From: Hormiphora californensis
Lineage: Eukaryota; Animalia; Ctenophora
Assembly (NCBI GenBank): GCA_020137815.1
Contig: CM035350.1
Span: 6,634,001 to 6,698,000 of the forward strand
Length of the DNA: 64,000 nucleotides
Direction: 5' to 3'
Below the pieces are notes generated by a model. That model was not told where the DNA came from and searched no databases. It saw nothing but the letters and a program-made list of their open reading frames with translations. How positions within the stretch are numbered: position 1 is the first letter of the stretch; every line of letters begins with the position of its first letter. Shown one piece after another: positions 32,811 through 44,351 of this stretch. The position numbers and the translations under genes were made by a program.

Positions 32811-35673
32811 ATCTCTCCCCCTCACTAACCGTCCCATTTCAGCCGAGGGAAAGTTCGATGTAGCGAGTGTTTTGATCAAGCTAACATTCTCCATCCTGAT
32901 GCCCGTGATTGTCGGAAAGCTTCTCCAATGCATACCTGCAGTTCCTAAAGGCGTGAAGAAAGTCAAGAGGTGGATCAGTGTTGTTACCAGTACCTGCCTT
33001 GCTCTGATGCTGTGGATGAAGGTAATTGGAAACTTGCCATATAGTGTACCCACGTGTGGCCCATAAATTATGATAGCGGGGGACGAGCCGTACCTCCGAA
33101 ACGGTCAAAGTTGTGCAAAAACAAACTACGGGAACATGCTGGAACAATTCCTGGACGACTTTTTGCAAATTATGAAATTTTTATTCAAAAGTTCATTTTT
33201 CATTCATGAACTTTCTACACGTTCATTAATGAATTAAGGACTCTAATTTACCAAGAGTTAGGCATTTTGTTTGGGTTAAATTTATCTTTCCAATGAGCAC
33301 CATGAAAATCAAATTGAAGCACCAGGTCACATGGCAGTTGAGAAAATGCACATTCATGATTTTGGCTCTTCCTGCGACTTTCAATCGGCTGTATCACGGC
33401 TACCTTTTGTTCAATCGTTTTAAAAATTTGGGAGAACATCGGATAAGCAAAGATCTTTCCTCACAAGAAAAATCAGGGTCAAAACTCAAAGTTCATTTTC
33501 AAGTGTTGGTAGTTCATTCCACTCATTCAGGAACCAACATCCCTAAAGTGATGAAAAGTGATGGTTTTTGTTTGGCCCATACCCTGCAATGATAGAGAGG
33601 TGTAAAATTACGTTTCCGGGCTAGTTAGTGGGTGTCCATGTGATCATGATGATATCTGACACCTTTTCTGAGCCATAATTATGGGATTTTCTCAAATTCA
33701 AGCATGTGATTTGAGTTTTTGTGATTGGTATCGTGCAGCAATGTTGAGAGATCTCATAGCACCTCAAAAATGATGATCAGTTCAATGAAAGGAGTTGATT
33801 TATGATTTAAAATTATCGTTTAGTTCATTTTTACGTCTGTTTTAATCTTTTCTATCATAAATCAACTCCTTTCATTGAACTAATCATCATTTTTGAGGTG
33901 CTATGAGATCTCTCAACATTGCTGCACGATACCAATCACAAAAACTCAAATCACATGCTTGAATTTGAGAAAATCCCATAATTATGGCTCAGAAAAGGTG
34001 TCAGATATCATCATGATCACATGGACACCCACTAACTAGCCCGGAAACGTAATTTTACACCTCTCTATCATTGCAGGGTATGGGCCAAACAAAAACCATC
34101 ACTTTTCATCACTTTAGGGATGTTGGTTCCTGAATGAGTGGAATGAACTACCAACACTTGAAAATGAACTTTGAGTTTTGACCCTGATTTTTCTTGTGAG
34201 GAAAGATCTTTGCTTATCCGATGTTCTCCCAAATTTTTAAAACGATTGAACAAAAGGTAGCCGTGATACAGCCGATTGAAAGTCGCAGGAAGAGCCAAAA
34301 TCATGAATGTGCATTTTCTCAACTGCCATGTGACCTGGTGCTTCAATTTGATTTTCATGGTGCTCATTGGAAAGATAAATTTAACCCAAACAAAATGCCT
34401 AACTCTTGGTAAATTAGAGTCCTTAATTCATTAATGAACGTGTAGAAAGTTCATGAATGAAAAATGAACTTTTGAATAAAAATTTCATAATTTGCAAAAA
34501 GTCGTCCAGGAATTGTTCCAGCATGTTCCCGTAGTTTGTTTTTGCACAACTTTGACCGTTTCGGAGGTACGGCTCGTCCCCCGCTATCATAATTTATGGG
34601 CCACACGTATCCTGTCCCCTGATCCTATTCTCGAGAACTGCGGTCTGACCCCCCTCCCCGGTTCCACTGTGACTCTGTGTCTGGGCTTGAGATCAAAGAG
34701 CGGGCTGTTGTCTACGGAACAAGCTACATATTATTCTCCACATATGTTTCCAGTATTCACTTGTTATATGTTCCAACCGTGGGGCGGGGTGAGACAGGGT
34801 CGAACAAATATATTCAATAAATTCCCCCCTACAGGTGTCCAAAGCAGTTATTCAATAAATTCCCCCCTACAGGTGTCCAAAGCAGTTGAGGAAGATGCAT
34901 TTGCTGGCATGAAATGGCAGTCACTTCTGATCCTGGTGGGGATTGTGATTGTTATGTGCATGATCAATCTTACTGTCAACGTTAGCCTTTCTGCTCTACT
35001 CTGCCTGAGGCACGCCTACGTTCGAGTCATGATTCTCATGGTAAGTTAATAACACTATTACTGACTAGTATAATAGAAGTAGAACCGCTAGGAATTGCTG
35101 AGGATTGAAACTTCAACTGTTATACTTCTGAGTTCTTCTATATTTTAAAGTGAGGGTTAACACCTCCCTCCCATTTTCCCAGGTTAGTCAGAAGACACTT
35201 GTGATGGCTATCACACTGGTTCAGATTCTCCCTGAATCTATTGGAAATATTGGACTCATCATGGTACCCCTGTTCGTTGCACATCCCACACAGGTACATT
35301 TACTTCTTTGATCCTTCTTATAATCTGAAGTACAGATCATATATACATCATCTGTACTGTGTACTGTACTGTGTACAGTGTACATAATTTATACATCATC
35401 TGCGAAGTGTCTTTCTCAACAATTGGTCTAAAGTTGTAACTAACACGAATCCCTTTTCAGATCATGGTATTCAGTATGATTGCACCCCAGCTCAAAAAGC
35501 ACCCCTTTGATTTCAACTGTCCCCGATTCTTCCCCACCAAAATTGTCGCCTTGTGTGATTGGTTGAATAGCAAGAAAGAGGAAGAACCACCAGCCCTGTC
35601 GGGTGTTGTCATTGAGAACCCTGAGGCCGATGTGGTGACCACTCAACCGACCGCTCCCGTAGACAAAGTATAA
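25773..35673 (+). CDS. Sodium/bile-acid symporter-like transporter (SBF-like; BASS4/SLC10A7-related). Exons 25773-25899 and 26545-26612 (tentative 5' exons), 30082-30132 (contains an ATG at 30085), 31237-31335, 31498-31603, 31857-31975, 32158-32392, 32843-33021, 34873-35040, 35183-35293, 35461-35673
   Basis: Motifs EYFLP...IIFLVLGLKLKTDEI, VPCTITAGIVLVQQAEGN, ILMPVIVGK, WMKVS and SQKTLVMAITLVQILP..IGLIMVPLFVAHPTQI. All exon phases are compatible. Confidence 0.85.
27117..27909. mobile_element. Second copy of the 793-bp Academ-like MITE, core in the opposite orientation, 3-bp TSD TAT
   Basis: tat|TAGTAGAGTCG...CGACTCTACTA|tat. Near-identical to 1648-2440. Confidence 0.85.
30438..30950 (+). mobile_element. 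Solo LTR (513 bp), Gypsy-like, intronic
   Basis: TGT...ACA termini with a 4-bp TSD ACTA (30434-30437 and 30951-30954). Internal CCAAT and TATAAA near 30712-30721. Confidence 0.65.
33053..34607. mobile_element. 1555-bp foldback element: two 754-bp near-perfect inverted arms with a 47-bp spacer; Tc1/mariner-type TA target
   Basis: CGTGTGGCCCATAA...TTATGGGCCACACG|TA. The left flank reads CA. The same ORFs are mirrored on both strands. Confidence 0.9.
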
Positions 35674-36449
35674 GGAGAGATAGAGCGGACAATCCCATCA
35701 CCTATGTGAAATATATCCTCAACCCTCCCCCATACCATGACAGAGATCCGTGACAAGGTTCCAATACTTGCTCGTGCAAGAGAGAGAGAGAGACAATTAC
35801 TAATGTGAGAGAAAGAGAGAGGACAATGTATATATTATCTTGTTGAACATGAACTGATGCAATAAAAGCCTGTGGGAAGAACCAGAGAGAGAACTGAACG
35901 ACTTTTATTAGAGTTTTTCTTTTAACCGCTGTAATTACATTAACATGATTAAATGTGACATTAACATGTAACAGTAATGGTTTTCAGAAACTAACCAACT
36001 TTTTCAATGCTATTAACTAACTTGTTTTCAATTTCGTTTTGGTGTCCCACTCCCAGGCCATGTCAGTGCAGCACTGAGATATCTGAGTTCACTGAGTCAG
36101 TATTATCATGCCAGGACTGGCATGGTATGGTAATAATACCGGTGCAGGAACTGGGGATATCTGTTCCAAATCGAAGGAGGGCGGACAGTCACTCTCACTC
36201 TCACTCTCAGTGAGTCACTCACAGTTTGAGAACGGAGTACACTGATCGGTTCTCAAACTGTGAGTCACTCATTGAGAGTGAGACTGAGATCAGAGTTACT
36301 CACACTTCACAGTCACTGAGAGTGAGAGCCGAGTGCCGACTGGGAATTCGGGAACAACTCATTTTCTGCATGGCATGGCAATTCGGGTGTTGCCAGACCC
36401 CGATTTGACAGTGTGCTCTCTCAGATCAGATCGGCGACTTCAGACTAAC

Positions 36450-36650
36450 ATGGGTGCTTGTAGTGAGAATACAGTATCGGTTCAACACGGTATCAGTGAA
36501 AAACGGTAAGACGGGACCAATAAGAGCGCCAGATTGACAACACGTGACACCGAAATATATATGTATTTCAAATACATATGTATTTCAGAAACCGTAATGG
36601 TCAAATACCGTATTATTCAGACACCGTATTCTCACTACAAGCAGCACTGT
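36450..36650. mobile_element. Small MITE (gcttgtagtgagaatac...gtattctcactacaagc); a related copy is at about 22762-22931
   Basis: Terminal inverted repeat ending CAAGCAGCACTG|TA in both copies. Confidence 0.55.
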
Positions 36651-37004
36651 ATGCCTCAAGCTCAGGGCTCAGACAGATGCAAGCAGTCTATATGTATAGT
36701 GGCTGTAGTTTTAAGTGTTTAACTGGAAGGCGCACAACTTTTCAAAATAACTTGTTGCGCGCGAAAATAAAAGTTGTACTTCAGCGCGCCGCGCACTGAG
36801 CTGCAGCTCAATTTCGGAATCCCAAAAAAGTCAAAACAGGAAAATGTCAAAATTTGGGTGTTTTCTTGAAAAGCGCTGCCTTATCCCGTAACGTTTGCCA
36901 AGGTGTTTTCAGTTTTGAGTGTCAAAACTCACGGTTTTTAGGATTCGGGTTGAAAAGCTAAAATAGGGTTAGGGTTAGTACTGGGGTTGGGGTTAGGCCT
37001 GATC

Positions 37005-38002
37005 CAGATGGACAAGAAGTCAAAGGTGATTTTGGTTCTTTTGGACCTTTCTGCTGCCTAATGCCTTTGACACTATTTCGCATACTAAGCTGATCCATCG
37101 CTTGAAGCAGGATTATGGGGTGACTGGGAAAGTCCTCTGTTGGATTGAATCGTATCTCAAAGACCGCAAAGCAAAGGTGAAGATTGGGACAGCGGAATCG
37201 GAATCCAGGGCCATCGCTATTGGAGTGCCACAGGGATCTATTCTTGGGCCGCTCTTATTCATCCTATACACCAGAGACATGCAGAGAATTGCTGAAATGT
37301 ATGGCCTTAGCTTACATATGTATGCTGATGATAGTCAACTGGCCATTTCTTTCATCCCGAAAACCTTCAATGAAGTCGTCGAAAGAGTACAGAAGTGCGT
37401 GTCGCATATCAAAGTATGGATGGCACAGAACCTTCTAAAGCTGAACCCGAACAAAACTGAAATCCTTGTAATGAGAAACAAATGGGATAGATCTGATAAT
37501 CCAACGACCATAAAAATTGTTGATGAAGCCGATGAAGGTACTGAGGTTAAACTAACTGCGAAAAACCTTGGTGTCATTTTTGACAGCGAACTCACCATGT
37601 CCCAGCACATCTCTAGAGTGATTCAGTCGTGCAACTATCAGCTGATTAACATGTGGAGAGTTGCTGGCAATCTGACTAGGCAACAAAAGATCCAGCTTGT
37701 CAACTCATTAATTCATTCCAGAATTGACTACTGCAGCGCATTACTCGTTGGGATTAAAGACAGTGATGTGAGGCGCTTGCAGAAGCTACAAAATTCTGCA
37801 ACTCGTTTTATATTTGGCCAACGAAGTAGACGAGGTGTTACTGATCTCCGTAAGAAGTGCCACTTTCTACCCATTAGACACAGAGTCGAGTACAAGATAT
37901 GTCTGCTAGTCTATAAGTCACTTAACAACGACACACCCGGATACATGGCAGACATGGTTCAAAAGCGTAAACCAAAGGCTAAATGTCTGCGAGTGGATAC
38001 TG
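37005..38002 (+). mobile_element. 5'- and 3'-truncated CR1/L2-group LINE reverse transcriptase fragment
   Basis: LVLLDLSAA-FDT, GVPQGSILGPLLF, YADD, LKLNPNKTE, SRIDYC and HFLPI motifs. A small insertion creates a stop near 37060. Confidence 0.9.
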
Positions 38003-40277
38003 AGGACCCACTTTTTGGACGAAAAAAGAGAAGAAAATGGGAAAACATGCCAAAAAGTGAAAAAATCGTCGAAAAAAGTGAAAAAATGAGCCGATAAGGA
38101 ACCATAATAAAGTTCAAGAGCCTCCAAGAGCACCCAAGAGCGCACCCGATCGAAGAGAGACCACACCTGAGAGCGTACCACACCCAAAAGAGACCACATC
38201 CAAGAGCGCACCACCTCCAGAAGACACCACTTCAAGAGCGCACCACATCAAAGAGAGCTCCCCATCCAGAAGATACCACGCGCAGGGGACACCACGCGCA
38301 GAAGAGACCAGCGCGGCGTTGTATTTGCGCGTGCGGTCTCTTCTGCGCGTGGTGTCCCCTGCGCGCGGTATCTTCTGGATGGGGAGCTCTCTTTGATGTG
38401 GTGCGCTCTTGGAGTGGTGTCTTTTGGAGGTGGTGCGCTCTTGGATGGGGTGCGCTCTTGAACTTTATTATGGTTCCTTATTTTCAGTTTAAAAAACGAA
38501 TGCGCGCGGGAAAAAGCTGATGTGGCAGCGCTATTGACCAATATGGTCCAGACCACCCTTCGCGCGTTACATTTAAATGCATTTTCTGCAGCGCTGGACC
38601 CAAAAATTTTTTCGTGAATGAACGCCGCGCACCACCCCTGAAGGCTTGTTAGTGGTGGGGACGTTGTTTCGATAGGGATCCCTAAAAAAGTTCAGTATTT
38701 ACACAGCGTTTACACAGTCTTTACACAGTCGTTACACCCAGAGCGGCGCGTGCTGCGTTTTGCGGCTTTTTCTAAGAAAATATTGGATTGTGTGCTGCAC
38801 AATTGAGTAAATTGAGCGCTGTGGCGAAAAAAGTTTCCGAAAACGCTGCAAATCGAGTGCGAAAGACGCAGTCTTTACACCCAGAGCGGCGCGGGCGCTC
38901 TGGGTGTAACGACTGTGTAAAGACTGTGTAAACGCTGTGTAAATACTGAACTTTTTTAGGGATCCCTATCGACTGATCAAAACGGCGTTCTCCTAGCATT
39001 AACAATGTAAAGGGCTAAAAGCGGGATATAAACCATAAGGGACCAGTTACAGATTTGGAACCGGGCGTCAGTTTCCTGATGGGAGAATTTTTGCGCACTG
39101 CTGACAATGAATCCTGCTCAACTCCCAGGGGCGGTGCGCGGCGTTCATCCACGAAAAAAATTTTGGGTCCAGCGCTGCAGAAAATGTATCACGCGAGGTG
39201 GTTCTGGACCCTATTGGTCAATAGCGCTGCCGCGTAAGCTTTTTCTTGCGCGCATTCGTTTTTTCAATCGAAAATCGGCTCATTTTTTCACTTTTTTTGT
39301 GGGGGGGATCCCATGGCATACTTTGGTATACTTTGGCACTTTCCACGACTTTTTCAGCGATTTTCCATATACCAAAGTATACCAAAGTATACCAAAGTAT
39401 ACCAAGGTATACCAAAGTATACCATAAAAATTTTGAAAAAGGTAAAATTTAAGCGATAAGTTAACATAAATGACTAAATTTGTAAAACTACATCCTTATT
39501 TCTTTATAAGTTGGTAATATAACGCTTATTAAACCGATTTTTACGTTTTTGTTACATCATCCGGCTAGTGCTTCTAGGCTTGCCACTCGGGTTCGATTCC
39601 CGGTGAAGGCAATTTTTGAAAAATTTTTGGAGACTTTACCAAATACTATTTGAACATTTTCTTGACTTTTTAAAAGTTTTTTTTTTATCATACTCAAATG
39701 GGTCCCAATTTGTCAAACCCCAGTTTTCTGACTCACCATTTTATAGGTAATATTTTCCCTCGATTCTATGAATTTAGCCTATTTAGCACCATTGTCCAAT
39801 TTTATGAGTCAAGAAAGTTTATATAAAATGTTTTAAAGCCTTAACTGTTGTAAATTAACACTTTAAAGTACTTTAAAGTTATTAAAAAGATATGGTATAC
39901 TTTGGTATACTTTGGTACTTTCCACATATTTTTTTGGGATTTTCCATATACCAAAGTATACCAAAGTATACCAAAGTATACCATGGGATCCCCCCCTTTT
40001 TTGTTTGTTTTTACTGATTTTTTCACTTTTTAGCATGTTTTCCCATTTTCTTCTCCTCTCTCGTCCTAAAAGTGGGTCCTGGACCCAATGGACCCAGCCT
40101 TGCTTCGCACCTATGACAACTCCCCATTCATTCTAGCTGGATATTTCGTCGCGCAATGTAAATTATGACGCGCAGCATGATTCAATCGGGAATCTACCAT
40201 CAGGAATCTCACATCAGGAATCTCACATCAGGAATCTCCCATCAGGAAACTGACGTCCGGTTCCAAATCTGTAACTG
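38003..40277. mobile_element. Composite of nested and interleaved non-autonomous DNA elements
   Basis: Inverted-repeat pairs: AGGACCCACTTTT (38003 / 40080); TAAGGAACCATAATAAAGTTCAAGAGC palindrome (about 38096-38480); GGGATCCCTAAAAAAG MITE (38675-38966); CAGTTACAGATTTGGAACCGG (39044 / 40277). Also (accaaagtat)n arrays. Confidence 0.7.
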
Positions 40278-40662
40278 TATGTGTATATTTGAGTGAAGAT
40301 TAAGTCTATCTTATCAGGAACCGGAAATATCATAGAAGGGTTCACCCTTCTCCAAACTACTGTTACATACTATTAGGGGGCATTCTCCAAACTACTGTTA
40401 CATACTATTAGAGGCCATTATAGATGCAATAAATTGTCTAAATCATAAGATTACAGGAGTGAAAGGAGGGATCAATTCAACACATTTTAATATGCGGTTT
40501 TTTGCCGTGAGATGAACACAAGAGGGCAGGGCCGGGTGCTATCATGTGCATGTACGACGCCGCACACAAGGGCAGATACTTAGCTATCGATAGTTTTAAA
40601 ATGAGCATGTTTTAAACTAAGTATCCAAATTGTTATTTTCACTTCCCTTCCTTTAGTTAGTT

Positions 40663-43600
40663 ATGGATGTAACTCTCGACTACGATGAAAGTTTCAGTAA
40701 GTAACAAGTTTGTACTGATGTATGGGGGGACACGTCCGGGGCGCGAGAGGTCATACGAAGTCAAAACACGGTGGTTAGTACGAACGTTTCGGGGTTGTGC
40801 CCCTTCTTCAGCTCAAATTAATAGTGTTGAAAAGTTTGAAACTCTGAAAAGATTGAAACTCTGTTTCAAACTTTTCAACACTACTTTAAACAAATTAATT
40901 TGAGCTGAAGAAGGGGCACAACCCCGAAACGTTCGTACTAACCACCGTGTTTTGACTTGGTATGACCTCCCACGCCCCGGACGTGTCCCCCCACACACCA
41001 AGTTATCACCCCGTCCGCCTTTTCAACAACATGAAGTTTGTACTGACTCAAACAATTTGTTGCTGTGTGATTGTTGTGGTTGGGACGGGGGTGCAGGTGG
41101 GGGGGGGGGGGGGGGTCCCCCAACTGTATCAGACATCCATGACCCCAAATACCCCTAACTGTCCTGACACCTGAAAGTTGGGACCCACACCTATTTTTCC
41201 AGAAAATTTCTAATTCTTGACAGTTAGGGGTCAACCTCTCCCAAATTCTTGGACCCACCCCCAAAAATAGTGCGGGTAGAACCCCAAATCGTCAGTGTGA
41301 TGCCTGACCAAAATCATAGTGCGCAAAAATTGGTCACTGTGGTGCCTTCAGGACCCAAAATTCCCAAATATTGACCCAAATTTCCAAAACAGTTGGGTTG
41401 GACCCCCCCTCCCCCCCCCCCCCCCCCCCCCCGGTTGGGAGTTTGTTGTTTGATTATTGGTTTGTTGTTTGATTATTGGTGGCGCTGTCACCTCTCGCGG
41501 GCTTCGTTTGGCGTGCTACACACGCGATTTGTAAGGGTGACTGCGTCACCAAGTTTGATTACAAGTGGGCATATATCGGCGATATGTCTACACTTGTAAA
41601 CACTAAACATTTAGTCTAACATCTAGATTCTAGACTAATATAAATTCCCCTCTCTTCAGAAACGAGTGACGTCAGCAAATTAGATAACACACAAGAAGGT
41701 AAGTAAAGGAGGGTTAGAACTGGTGATTGTGTTATAGTATTTCTCTGTATAGCACAAGCTAGGCTGCTTATATGTATGCTCTGCTTTATTGTGTATGCTA
41801 CTTATATGGTAGCATGCTACTTATATTGTCCTAACACTGGTTATCTATTTTCAGAGTTGGAAGACTCGTCATCAGAGGTAACATTGGTGTCCCTAACCTC
41901 CATAACTGGCTCCCTAATATATCTCCATGATACTGTCATGATAACACTCAATAATTGACAGTGATTTGAATAACGTTTTCACATAGGCTGCAACTAAACT
42001 AGAGTTCATCTCAGGTGGATGCCTCTTCTCCCAACAAAACAGGTGATTGTTCAGACTGGGGAGTGGGGTTTGGTTTGGTTTGGGCTGCTCATCTGGGACT
42101 GTAAACAGTCACACAGCCAGCCAAGTCTCGCTGTTTGCTTTTGCATCTAACAATGTATTGACCTAGTGTATTCTCACTTACTAAAGATTTACATTCTCTA
42201 CTATTTGCAGACAAGGAAGTGATAGAAGAAGGGGAGAAGGAAACAGCAGAGGGGGACTCACAAAATGAGGAGGGAGAAAAGGAAGAACCAGAAGCGGATG
42301 GTGCCAAATCTGACAGTGAAGAAAAAGAAAACGTAACATTCTAAAACACAATCACCGTCTGTAACTATCTCTCTCCACTCTCTTTTTCCATTTAAATTTG
42401 TTTCCCAAAATAACAAGTTAACTCAGGCCGAAGACGCTGTTGAACTCACATCAAACGCTTTTGAAAACGACCTTTTAGGAGCTGAGAAGAGACCAGGTAA
42501 ATGTGATATACAGATTGAACACTCGACAGATGTAGTCTTTTATCAAATTGTTGTTAATACAACTATTCTCTTTCAGAAGAACCCAAGAAAGAAGAGCCCA
42601 AAAAAGAGGCCACCCCTCCTCCCCCTGCAGTGCCTAAGAAAATTGCACCGGTATGAAATATCTTCTATCGACAAAACAACATCCAAAACACACTTCCCCA
42701 ACCATATCTTCCCTCCAATTTAGCCGCCCAAGATCCACAAGAGAGACTACGAGGTGCCAGAATCAGCGCCAGCGAGACCACGAATAAAATGGTCACTTGG
42801 CATCGTCAAACAACTTGTGTCCACTGATCTTCTCTCGGTGAGCGCCAAACGAGTCCGATCAGTGAAAAGTACACTGCTTCAGCACTTCTACCTCTACACT
42901 CTAATGTTTGCGGCGCGCGATCCTTCTTTTATTTTGCTCAGCTCCAATTCAAAATATGCGAGTGAAATGAAAGCAATTAACTAGTGGAATGGAGGCAATT
43001 AACTAGTCCTAATTAAACCCTCTGTTTTCCCAGGGAATGGTTGAGACAAAGCTGGTGAAAGAGGAAGAGCCAGTTAAAAAGAGGACAACTTCTCGGAGCG
43101 AGCAAGCCCCATCAACCCAACCCAAAAAACAGGCAAAACGGGAGGAAGAGGACCTAGATTTTGAGGAATCTGAGAACGATAGTGCTGCCGAACAGGAGAT
43201 GGAGCCTGCCCGAGATCCCACAGCCTTCCCAGCCCCACCATCGGAGCCAGTTGGTAGATCAAGAAAGGAGGAAAATAGAGCTCTTCTAATTGCCAATCTG
43301 ATCAGACCCTTCACGGTCCTGCAGCTAAAAACAATGTTGTCACACTGTGGGAAAGTTAAAAGTATCTGGATAAATACCATCAAGAGCCGCTGCTATGTTG
43401 TGGTAGGTATTTAAATACATGGTAGGAGCAACTTCTCTTTTTTTTAGCACAATCTCTAGAACTTTTTTTACTTGTATTATTGTGTGATTCCCTACCACTG
43501 ATATGTTTATTTGTAGTTCGCCACGATTGAAGAAGCCCAGAGGGCCCGAGAGTCGTTGCATGGATCAGTGTGGCCAAGTACCAGCCCAAAAACACTCTCA

Positions 43601-44351
43601 GTGGATTTTGCAGAGGATGAAAGGGTATGAAATCTCTCCCTATCTCCCCCTCTCTCTATCTAGCTATCTGTATCTATCTAACTATCTATCTATCTCTCTG
43701 ATTTCAGATGTATAGCGAAACAGATGGTGAGCTAATTGGTGACAGTATCGACATTCAAGTGATTGAAGAACAGAAAAGAAAGAAGCCAAAAAGAGAAAAA
43801 GGTACCCATAAACTGTCCTAAATTCTGTCTTCGGTGGTTCTTTTTTATTGACTATAAACTATAACTCGTCTCATTTTCAGAAGCCAAAGAAACGAAGAAA
43901 TTGGATGATATATTCAAGAAGACAGCTGCAATTCCCTCAGTCTACTGGTTACCACTCTCAGAAACTGAGGTAAATTCAACTGAAACAGTGAAACACTTTG
44001 TTTGTTTGCTAGGGGTATCATTACGTGAAGCCTGGTGTGAACTACATTGCCTGTCAGAGCATTGGCCTTGACTTGTTTTGTTCAAACATAATAGTCTAAC
44101 TTGGCAAGGCCTGACCCTATTCCCATTTCTCTCAAATAAGCGTGCGAGAACTGTGGTCAGAGCATTGGCCATGACAGTACAATGCTTTCATTTTGTGCTA
44201 TATATTCCTTTCACAGGCGAAGGAGAGGGCTGAAGAGAGAGCAAAGGGGAAGCCCCGATACTTTGTACCCGAACCAGAGGTGGAAACGGAGTATGCTAAA
44301 CCTAGAGCCATTCCACGATGGAGGACACCAGAGAGATCCAGGAGGCGATAA
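40663..44351 (+). CDS. ACIN1: Acinus (apoptotic chromatin condensation inducer, ASAP complex subunit), about 13 exons; putative first coding exon 40663-40696
   Basis: RRM (ALLIANLIRPFT...IWINTIKSRCYVVFATIEEAQRARESLHGSVWPSTSPKTLSVDF) and RSB motif (KLDDIFKKTAAIPSVYWLPLSE). Acidic N-terminal micro-exons splice in phase from MDVTLDYDESF. Confidence 0.9.
40812..40844 (-). other. Spliced-leader exon, short variant (GAGTTTCAAACTTTTCAACACTATTAATTTGAG), fused to a hammerhead core; not an SL RNA gene
   Basis: Shares both ends with the long SL on the other strand. Followed by CTGAAGA rather than a GT donor. Confidence 0.7.
40863..40904 (+). other. Spliced-leader exon, long variant (GTTTCAAACTTTTCAACACTACTTTAAACAAATTAATTTGAG), fused to a hammerhead core
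   Basis: Matches the Pleurobrachia/Hormiphora SL as recalled, ending in AATTTGAG. No GT donor or Sm site follows. Confidence 0.8.
40905..40943 (+). ncRNA. Type I hammerhead ribozyme core; an identical copy is on the minus strand at 40773-40811
   Basis: CTGAAGA-a-GGGG-cacaa-CCCC-GAAAC-gttc-GTA-ctaacc: both conserved boxes, a 4-bp stem II, a short stem III and a GUA cleavage triplet. Confidence 0.75.

Larger units (their letters stand above)
40719..41033. mobile_element. Retroposed palindromic insertion of two spliced-leader/hammerhead RNA copies head-to-head; 13-bp TSD aagtttgtactga
   Basis: TSD at 40706-40718 and 41034-41046. Inverted arms about 40719-40844 and 40863-40998. Confidence 0.8.

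Noticed and set aside
33293-34367. Mirrored 99-aa ORFs, and the 196/252-aa ORFs at 47.7-49.4 kb, as transposase genes
   Set aside because: No DDE or HTH motifs are recognisable, and the duplication is explained by the palindrome.
39560-39612. tRNA gene
   Set aside because: Only a T-arm/B-box is visible, and no full cloverleaf can be built.
40812-40904. SL RNA gene pair
   Set aside because: No GT donor or Sm-binding site follows either leader, and the unit is flanked by a TSD.
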